From positions 1-51,807 of the forward strand of contig DF237559.1 in the NCBI GenBank assembly GCA_000708835.1: a stretch of DNA of 51,807 bases, read 5' to 3'. Positions 39,201 through 48,294 of the stretch are shown here, one piece after another. The DNA comes from Klebsormidium nitens (taxonomy: Eukaryota > Plantae > Klebsormidiophyceae). Made by a program: the position numbers and the translations under genes. The notes beneath the pieces were generated by a model that saw nothing but the letters and a program-made list of their open reading frames with translations, made no database searches and was not told the origin of the DNA. Numbering within the stretch: position 1 is the first letter of the stretch; each line of letters opens with the position of its first letter.

Positions 39201-42200
39201 CGTCACATGTTGCACTCTTTCAATGACCCGGTTGTACCGAAGTCTAGCCTGTAGGGCTTCTTCGAGCGCCCTTTCAAATGCAACCCTGAGAAAAAGTCGA
39301 TTGCCTCAACAATTCTTGCGGAAGAGGTCGTCTTCTTCTTTTTCACTCGCCTCGTTGTGTTTTTAAGTGAGCATTCTTACCTCCCCGTTCTTTGCTAAGG
39401 GACACCATAGAGTTTGTCAGACACGATTGACGTAATCAAGTGGCAAAGATCGAGAGCCGATGATGCTTATTACGCGTCAACGGACTTCGGGGACTTTTCG
39501 AGCCATGTCATCTTGGTCATGTCATCTTGGTCAAGAGCGACTTAAAATGGTCAAACTTACCCTAAACCAAAACCTTCCTAGCGTTTGTGCGATCCTCCTT
39601 TCTTCTTACACTTGATTGGTCTTCGGTGGTAATGACAACTTCCCTTTGGCGAATGGCGTCAAGCACGGTCCTTGTTGAAATGCTCTTGCGTTCGGAGCCA
39701 CAAATCTGCATCCTTTGATACTTAATACATTGGTCGGCCTCTCTGGTTCGTGCGGCCGATTCACGACATCCGGGATTTCTCTCACATGTACGGCACCACC
39801 TTGTCGTCCATCTCTTCTGAAAACCTCATTGGCATGTTGTGCGGGTGGCCGGGCGTGCTCTACTGCCCGAGGTGTAATGCTCGACGTTTCGTACAAGTAA
39901 TTGGATCCCATATCAGGTCCGCAAATTACTTGAAGCAACGCCGTACTTCCAGTCTGCTGTTTCCGAGTGTCTGCCAAAGTCATCCTCGTTGTGTTGTCAG
40001 CAATTCCTATCCGGGTTTCATAAAAGCTGGACGCGCGGGCAACGATTATTCAAACCCCGCTCTGCTTTCAATCTTGGTTCGATGCACGCTCACCGACGCT
40101 GCCTTACGTCGAGAATGGCAAGGACTGTTAGAGCTTTTGGTGCCACGTGCCTCGTGCCACAGCTCCCTGTGCATTCTGAGCCCCGTTGCGCCATAGAAAG
40201 GTTGCCAAGCAACGCAATTCCCGTCCGTCCGTCCATCCGTCGTGCCGTTTTTTCGTCCGTATTCCATCCGTCCGTCCGCCAGTCCGCTCACCTTTCCGTC
40301 TGTCCGTCCCTTCACCCGTCCGTCCGTCCGTCCGCTAAACCTTCCGTCATTCTGTCCGCTGACCCTTCCTTCCGACCTTCTCTTCACCCTTCCGTTCATC
40401 ATATCGCGCTCCCATGCGTCCGTCAGTCCATCCGCCTTTCCGTCCGTCCGTCAGTCGGTCCGCCTGTCCATTCGTCCGCCCGTCCGCCTTTCCGTCCGTC
40501 CGTTCTTCGTCCGTTCGTTACTGTTCCGTCGGTACTTTCGCTTGCCGTTCCGTCCTTTCCTCTCGCGCACCCTTCCGTCCGTCCGTCGTCCGTCCGTCCG
40601 CCCTTCTTACCGGAACCCACTTTTCGTCCACTTTGCTCCTGATCCACTCTTTCCTCTGCCGTTGCCATTTATATCCGTCCATTCTTCCGTTCTACCACTT
40701 GTTCGTCTCTGTTTCTCTCTTTTCGCCCGCCCTCGTCCGTATGTCCCTCCGCTCCCATCGTCTGCTATTCCTCCCTTTCTTTTGTTCCATCCGTATTCCA
40801 ATTCCTCGTTTGGTTCCTCGTTCGTGCGTTAGCTGAAAGTTTCGTCCGTTCGATTTCTTGCTCTTCGGTCCGCCTGTCCGGCAGCCTTTTCGCTTTCGTG
40901 CAAAACTAAGTCCTCTTTTCGTGCTTGATTTGGCTTCTAATCAGCTGTACAAAGACCAACGTGAATCTTTATTTTGTGTGGATCTTGGTTGAGACATGTT
41001 TTCGCCGCTTCTGGGTGGCTCTCTTGAAGGTCAAGAGGAGGTCGCGACTGGCGGTCCAGTGAGCGCCAGTTGTCGCTGACACCGAACCAGTCTGCAAGCA
41101 TAATGCCATGTCGAACTTTACAACCGGGCAAAGCGGAAAAGCGGTATACGTCTGTTATTGAGAATCATAGGATAAGACCAGTTTCGTGATAGGGTCGGTG
41201 AGAATGATTAAGTGCTTGTTGGGGCTCATTTAAACTCAGTCGAAACCTCGTGCTATGTGTGAGCCACCTGATTTGCGGCAGGCTTTCTGTGGTTCAACTG
41301 CGTGCTGTTTTGAAAAATCACAGCATTTGACTTACGATTTTGAAGAGTGCGCTGGAAGCAGTTGGCAGGGGCTGCAATGTGCTATTTGGCAAACGTGAGA
41401 GTTCAATCGGCTTCAAATCCTTGATTAATACGTGGAGAGATTTGGCTGCGCAATTGCCATCGCCAGGCATTGTATCAGTACTGCTGGAGTACAGACTCCG
41501 GCAAGCTTCCAAGGTTGAAGTGCGATACGGCAATATATACTGACAAAGAACTTGTGAACTTTCTCTGAAATGGAAATGGTCGCTACAACGCGGCGGCCGA
41601 ATCAGATCCCACGCTTCAATGTCCTGGAATCGGACACTGTCGATAAGAAGATTCTGCTCGCGCGACATAAACCCCTTCTCTCTTCCTAGGATTCCATTTC
41701 GTTTGACCCGTGATGCACAGCTGTGCGTCGCTCGCGTTCTTATCTCATGAACGTTGCTCTCTTTTGCAGGGTCCAGGTGATACGCTATGGCCAACTTCCG
41801 AGCTGTCCACCTCCGTATCCACCGTCTGCGCCGCCTTCGACTCCTCTGCCAGCCAATCCGCTGACGCCACGTCATCAAATCCCGCCACATCATTCGGCAG
41901 AGTCTCCGTCCTCGCTGGCCTCCTCGCCTCGCTGACCCACGCATCCCCCCCCCAAACCCGCAGCGAAATCACCCCCCTGGTAGTGCAAACCGCTGCTCGG
42001 ATGATTCAGTCCCAAAACGGTAGACCGAGCCCCTGGTTAGGATCTCCCGCCTCCAAACTAGTCCTGCAAACCACGGTTAAGTGCTTAACCTCGGAGGGTT
42101 CAGGCCCCGAAAAGTCGACGTCCCTGGCGCTTCGAGGAGACCAGAACGGGGATAAGCTACCGGGCAGCGACGATAAGCTACCGGACGCGCTTCCCAGCTT

Positions 42201-45200
42201 ATGCCAGGCGGTCGTTTCCCCCGGGGAACAGCTCCTTGTCAGTACGGTCCTGTCTCAACTCCTGTCGCGGCTCCCGATTGACTCGTGGGAAGGTCGGGTT
42301 ATGCAAAACCTGGCCTTTGCGGAGCTGGTTAGGTGTCTACCGGCCGCTCCTACCGGGCAATTGGAAGCCGTTCTGGGGCTGCTGAAGGCGCTGGTGCAGA
42401 GGTCGGGGGAGATTGCTGGGAGACTGGTGGAAGCGGGATTAGTGCAAGCTTTGACCAGGTTAGTATCTACTAATTGTTATGTGTTTACTTCAGAAATATT
42501 GCAGGGCATGAGGGGGCAAGGGCATATTACACCCCCCCATTTTAAAAGGAAAAGTGTAGTCGTGCATGGAACGACCCAAGTAGGTCTATGCAGGATAGAA
42601 GCAAAGTTGGCATGTTCGGCTCTTGCTCTTTTTCTTGTCTTGCATGGCTCGCACAGTGCTCCTTTCCTCGTCGCCTTCCAAGCCGTTATTAAGCACTTAG
42701 CCCTGCTTTCGGTTGAGTAAGCGAGGGAAGGTGTGGGCAGGAGCTCGTCGTTTGGAACTCAACTTGTCACTCGGGCACGTTATAGGTGAAAAAAAGGCAG
42801 TTCTAGGTCACCTAGACTGTTTCTAGATGCATCGAAATCAAATCCTAGGTGTTCCAGATTCTGAAGCATACTTTCCCATATCTGCAGTCTCGGTCAAGCA
42901 CATCCCCCTCCCTCTCCCCACGGCCCATTCTCCCTGACCTGGGACCAAACCCCGCTTAACCCAGACCAAACCTGGGGTTCCGTAACAGCCCTCTTAGCCG
43001 CCCTTCCCATAAGCGTTCCTCGCCGCTACCACGTCGAAGAAAAGCTAGAGGCGGCTGTCGCCGCGCTTGGCCCTTCTCTCCTCCAATCTTTGACACCGCC
43101 GATTGCAGACCCCAGCGTGCGGCCCAGGATGAGCATCTCTAGTGTCAGAGCGGCTCTTCACTCCGCCCAGTTACTTGCCCGGTTACACCAACCGGGGGCG
43201 ACTTTGGCAGCCGTTCTGGGCCCCCGTTTCGTGAGTGCGATTGACCGAGCGACGTCACAGACGCTCCATTTCGTGGCGCAAGAAGGGCTGTGCGGGGGGA
43301 ACCCAAAGAAAGGACGCGCGCATGTGGGGTGCATTGTGGAGACGCGAGAGGAACGGGCGCTGGCCAGAACGGAACCGGATATTCCGGCGGAATCTGCTCT
43401 GAGGGGCTGGTTCGGTGTCGTAAGCGCGTGGGCGAAGGAAGAGTCCTCGAAACGGTCGATGCAGACGCAAGAAAGAAGCATGACGTCACAGCCCTCAAGT
43501 GTGAACGTGTCGGGTATAAGCCGAGAGCAGGGGGCATACGCTATGCGGGCGGGGCCGTCCGCTTATACAGAGGCGCTTGCGGATGATGTGTACCTTTTAG
43601 GAGAGGTGTTGGCGCGGTATACGGCGGTGCGGATCGGAGAGGCGCTGAGTGGGGCGGGGAGACACGTGTCTGGGGGATCCCCCCCGCCAGAGCTTCCAAC
43701 CAGCGAGACTCTGCATGCCCTTCAGGTGAGCTTAAAGGGCCCGTAGGACATGCATGTCCATCCTATATCATCTTTCGTGCAGGGAGCCGAAAGTAAGTGT
43801 ACTTTTGATACGTTTGGTCCACAAAAGACTCAGGGACATTGGGTGTACACTTCCTGAGCTTGTCAACCTACGGACTGAAAAGTTCAATCTTTTCAAGGAC
43901 TGCCTCTTCGTACTTGTGCCTAAAATTTTAGCTCCTCGCTCCTCGTTGTCGCAATACCGGAAATCTTGCTTCAAATGTTGATTCATGCAAGCGGAAGGTA
44001 GTCCGCTGACTGCAACCCTCCTCTGAAACAGGACCAGTGTATGTTCCTTTGCTCCTGTCCTCGCCCCGTTCCACTTTCTCCGGGGCTCACGTTTGGCCGT
44101 CCTTATGTCCCATCTGCTCGCTCCGTAGTCGAGCATTGTAGGGCCATGAACATATACGTAACGATCCATGAAAGAGCAAATTATACATCTGCCAGCATTT
44201 GCCGTGTCCAGCAGTCTGCTTCTAACTCTGATTCTTTTGCCGTTCTCTTCACTCCGAGGCCGGGTTTCCGCCCTTCCCTTTCTGCGTACTTCCGTTCGTT
44301 ATGCACTTCTGTGCCAAGAAGGTCTGATCCGCGAACCATGGCAAGCGGAAACCAGACCTCTGACAGCAATTGTCGTTGTCCGACAAGACCAGTGTCTGAT
44401 TTTGGTGAATAATATAACGCACGCTCCTGGTGCAGATGCTTACGAAACTGGTTTTTGTTTCCTTTTCTAATCTGGTTGCCCCCGCTTCTTGCCCCGTTTC
44501 CCTCCCTCCGGGACCCAGTTCTTGCCCTGCTGGACCTACGTGTTTCATACACTCGATGCTGAAATTCCAGAAAATGGACTCAAACAATTCAACTCTTGCA
44601 AAAGAGAGTCAGTCTTCTGACGCCGCTTTTCTTGCTAACAAGGCCAGTGTTTGCTTCTCGCTCCGGTCCTTACCCCCTTCCCCACTCCGGGGCCCACTTT
44701 GGGCTCTCCTCAACCTGCGTATCCCAGCCTTGTTTCTCCGCAGTAATGACTTTACACGCGGAAAGGGAAGTCGGTCTTCTAATGGCAACTCTTTTTCAAA
44801 CAGGACCAATGTCTGCTTCTCGCTCCGGTCCTCGCCCCGTTCCCTTCCCTCCGAGGCCCTGTTTTGGCCCTTCTCGATCTGCGTATTTCGTTCCACAACT
44901 GCTCCAGTCCTTACGATGGAATCACAATAAAGGATGCACGTAGAGCAGGCGTCACTTCTCTGACGGTTACTTTCTGTTCACAGGACCAGTGCCTTCTTCT
45001 TGCGCCGGTTCTCGCGCCGTTCCCCTCCCTCCTGGGCCCAGTTCCGCCCTTCTCTACCTGCGTACTCCATTCTTCGCTCCGCAGATGGTCACTGTCGTGT
45101 AGCGAAGCTAAGACCCGTCATCCATGCAAAGCGGCAAACGTCTGACTGCGTGTTCCCTTTTAACAGGACCAATGCCTTCTTCTTGCGCCGGTTCTTGCCC

Positions 45201-46524
45201 CGTTCCCCTCCCTCCTGGGCCCAGTTCCGCCCTTCTCTACCTGCGTACTCCATTCTTCGCTCCGCAGATGTTCACTGTCGTGTAGCGAAGCTAAGACCCG
45301 TCATCCATGCAAAGCGGCAAACGTCTAACTGCGTGTTCCCTTTTAACAGGACCAATGCCTTCTTGTCGTGCCGGTTCTTGCTCCGTTCCCCTCCTTGCGA
45401 GGCCCTGTTTTGGCCCTTCTCGACCACGCTTATCTGCTAGAGGCTTCCGTCAACCAGCTGTTTGGAGCGCACCCCTCCAAGCTACGGGCAGAGTCGGCGG
45501 CGAAGCACGTCAAAGCGGCGCTTACAGGTCAGGACGTCACTCTTTTTTGTTGCGGCCCATATTCGGAACATATGCAGTTTATTGTAAGGATTTCTGCCGA
45601 CTGGCACGCCCATGAGGTCGGTTCCAGTGGAAAATATGGTGTTCGTGAACTCTCTTATTCAACTTAGACCGTATCTGTTGACACAGATTGTGGCAGGCTG
45701 CTCTGGAGTGGAGTATTTGAAACTGGGGCTATCAAGGGCTTGGTGGGGTGAAGGAACGAATGGACCAGCCTGATGAAACCCTCGAAAAGAAGGGGACTCA
45801 ATGGTCCACCTTTTAACCTGAGAAGGCCTGATTATTAAGAAAAACCATCTCAACAACTGTTCTCGTTCGACTCTTGTTTGTTCTACCTGAACTGCTGGTG
45901 AGCTTTCCGGGCAGCTCATTCAGGCGCGAAGGGAAAATCTCAAGATAAGTCTCCAACCTGGATGTTGATAGCGAATGTTGCTGCGGAGCGCTCAAAATAC
46001 CCTGGAAATGGCGAGCACTCTATTCATGCCTCTACTTTCGTAGCCGGAGTTGCGGAAGCCCGTAGATCTTCGATTCTTCTGTTATGCAAGCGCGAAGCTG
46101 TATGTTGTTGTACCGACTCGTTCGTCGCGTCACTGACTTGTCCGCTCCTTCTTCTCCCCAGCTCTTCGTCAACAAGGTTCACCAGCTAGTAGCGATACTG
46201 CTCGAGCTGTCGAAAGTGCGGCCCGGCAAATGTATCCACAAGCGGTGGAGCAATTCTAGTGGGCATCTCAATTGTTGGGCCGAGTCGACCAATGATATCC
46301 TGAGGCAGGTACAACACTGGTACGGCAATTTATTCCGGTGGCATGATAAGCAGAGTGTGTCAAACAGCGGCCTAAAGATCTGCATAATGCAAGCTGATCC
46401 ATCCATGGGGAACCTGTGCCTGATTCGTCATTATCGCATGTATGGCCCTGACGACCTGACAGCTTTCTGGCACGGACAGAATCATGCTCTTCATATGGAA
46501 GTGATTCAGCGCAAGCTTTTTTAG
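15238..46524 (+). CDS. NUP188: Nuclear pore scaffold protein NUP188-like, about 2080 aa. Exons 15238-15357, 16480-16653, 17087-17188, 17838-17907, 18300-18436, 19566-19703, 20373-20530, 21553-21853, 22998-23955, 24723-24859, 25506-26263, 26741-27164, 27700-27854, 29000-29399, 41770-42458, 42888-43725, 45350-45527, 45687-45742 (tentative), 46066-46524 (tentative)
   Basis: All junctions match in phase. The product follows recalled plant NUP188 (Arabidopsis At4g38760) colinearly: QWW, HHQWFLNTFDNFKPPS..SKAAL, DLDETQAYLMV, LIKDGLE, APLSLAWA, FGEEYLALSFFD..LDAPI, LTSLCQGPWATENVFNFL, TDLAAHLSGAL..RPIPTGPFLEL. Summed exon length (about 6.25 kb) fits NUP188 size. Last two exons and stop are less certain. 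Confidence 0.85.
18830..19640 (+). repeat. About 145-bp tandem array: five degenerate copies of the acceptor plus first ~70 nt of NUP188 exon 6
   Basis: Copies begin at 18841, 18983, 19134, 19278, 19424; functional exon at 19566 (CAG|GACTCTGCTTCGATTCCGATGTGGGC). Confidence 0.88.
22655..23040 (+). repeat. Tandem copies (about 165 bp) of the acceptor plus start of NUP188 exon 9
   Basis: TTTGCAG|CACACCATG at 22667, 22831 and 22998 (functional). Confidence 0.9.
28465..29060 (+). repeat. About 107-bp degenerate tandem array of the acceptor plus start of NUP188 exon 14
   Basis: CCCCC.G.TGCCCTT.T...AC.GAC-like units at about 28473, 28581, 28687, 28794, 28906; functional copy at 29000. Confidence 0.7.
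31500..32750 (-). mobile_element. Possible second decayed retroelement pol fragment
   Basis: FFSV..LDPASG (FS.LDL.SGY-like), EDGI..DP, IKELLRFL, and FQVARTYGCKVLMARVTTD (RNase H KF..YLYG..F...TD-like) across several frames with many stops. Confidence 0.3.
35300..36300 (-). mobile_element. Heavily decayed Ty3/gypsy-like reverse transcriptase / RNase H relic
   Basis: Frameshifted minus-strand fragments in RT order: AKGYQ (~36130), MHPHDV (36064), WLDRVSI (YLDDIL-like), HFVSRDGI, then PMLRTDRPSPVVATVDS (PVL..PD..F...TDAS-like). Motifs are degenerate and judged by eye. Confidence 0.45.
38190..38640. repeat. Pyrimidine-rich degenerate (CCGT/TCCG)n low-complexity block 1
   Basis: Dense CCGT/CCGC tetramers with very few A on the plus strand. 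Confidence 0.8.
40215..40900. repeat. Pyrimidine-rich degenerate (CCGT/TCCG)n low-complexity block 2
   Basis: Runs such as CCGTCCGTCCGTCC; produces the spurious RPSV-rich ORFs in the track. Confidence 0.85.
44020..45430 (+). repeat. About 160-183 bp tandem array: roughly seven copies of the acceptor plus start of NUP188 exon 17
   Basis: (C/A)AG|GACCA(G/A)TG units at 44032, ~44210, 44388, 44643, 44804, 44984, 45167; functional exon at 45350. The 44984 and 45167 units are almost identical to each other. Confidence 0.9.
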
Positions 46525-48294
46525 GTTTGTTTTGTGAGATTGGGAAACTGTCGGAAATGTTGAAGGATATTTTTCGCCAACTTTGTTAAGATTCACCGTT
46601 CAATCGCATCCAGCTACGTGAGGTAACAATTCGATATGCAATGAGGATACGTTCACTATAAACATGCACAAACACACGGCTCGATCGACAAAGTACAATT
46701 TGAACATTTGGCTATCTCACCTATATATTGTATGTGTGTCTTTTAAGTTCAGCATGGCCGCTCCGCAGGGCGGGCAGCCCGGCCACCCACCCGCCGCATA
46801 AATGTAGCTCGGAGAACCGCAATTTATAGCTTGCTAGTTTTGTCGGATCGTTTGGACGGATTGAACTTGAACACCTGGAGTAATCTCGGTAGGGTACTAA
46901 GCTAGGCGTTTAAAACTCAGACAAATGTGATCCCATGTATGCCATGGAAGCCTATACGACTGTCGTAATCACTGACAGTGGCCCACGCGTCGCTACGGTG
47001 CCGGTGTTTGAAAAGAGATCGATCACATCGTGCGCATGGCTGCCGCCAACGACGGTTGGCGCGCCGCCGGCCGGGCCCGGCGCTTTAACGGTACTAACAT
47101 GTTGTGCCCAACATTGAATGCATGGATCTCACTGGCCCTTGTGCGTAAGGTTTGGCCGGCGGCTAGGTTCAATTAAGGTTCAAGCGGAATGAGTCACTGA
47201 TGCATAGGCCCCTAGATCGGAATGTGAAATCCATTCAATGATTAATATCATTGCAACGCATGCATGATTACCAACAATTTGCGTACGCAGTCTCCTTTTT
47301 AAACTGCAAAAGTAGCGAGACTGCAGATCGGACTGCAAGATGTAGTACCGGCGCGTACCTCGATACTACTTGATTACGGGTCATTAATCCTGCTATATGT
47401 TCATGAATATCGAATCTCGGTCATCACCCTCTGAGTCTAATGCGGAATAGATTTGAGCGATTGTCATGCAGTCCCTAACATACTAGAATGCAGAAAATAT
47501 GAGGCACCTGTCGATGATTGGGTCACGTGAGGCACATTGCCTACTGAAGAGAGTAGTAGCTATATATTAGTAGCAGATAGCCCCGCTAGGATAGCACGAG
47601 GCAGGCTCTCTTCCGTTCATGTTAGTCGAACCGAAACATACGCATTCTCCTCTAAATCAACATGCTTCAGCGAATTAAAAACCTCACGTCGACTGCGCAT
47701 CGATCGCTAACGTGCAAAACATTGCATGACAGTTCTCTTGCTTCGTGAGACGTTCTCAACAGCCACGTGTCAAGTTCCGTACGTTTTCTCCAACTACGTC
47801 AGCTGTTCAAACTACCACAATTGCTCGCGGTGCAAGCATTGGTTATGGAAAATTGTATCTTTCACAATGAACTAAACATTTGAGAGGTCGAGGTCGCCCT
47901 TGCTCCTCTCTTGTCCTGAAGCTGCCTTGATAGGGGCCGTCGGAGGACCCTGATCCTCTCGGCGACCACTCACGAGTCTTTGCGCTGTGACGGTCGCTCA
48001 AAATCCATGTGGGCTGAGAACCGCAATGACACTCGTCTTCAAACCACATTGGGGGACGCCCGTTCAAATCACGCCAGTCAAGTACGGAAGTGAGTGGAAC
48101 CGCATCCCGCCATTGGGCATCAAGGGCACCTCCGAACAGTCTGCCTAGCACTTGGGTAGATTGACGGACGGCTCACTACTACGGTCCGAGTTCAACATAA
48201 ACCGAAAAGAAATGCACGAATTACGGGCCTCCAGCTAGAACCTTATACGACGACCGGTGCAAGGGCGCCAGCAAAGACCCCGACGTCCCGCTAT

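Noticed and set aside
39989-40836. Several long RPSV/PSVR-rich ORFs
   Set aside because: Artefacts of the stop-free (CCGT)n low-complexity tract.
18830-45430. Spaced repeat arrays as CRISPR
   Set aside because: Eukaryotic intronic DNA, whole 100-200 bp units are homologous with no unique spacers, and no cas genes.
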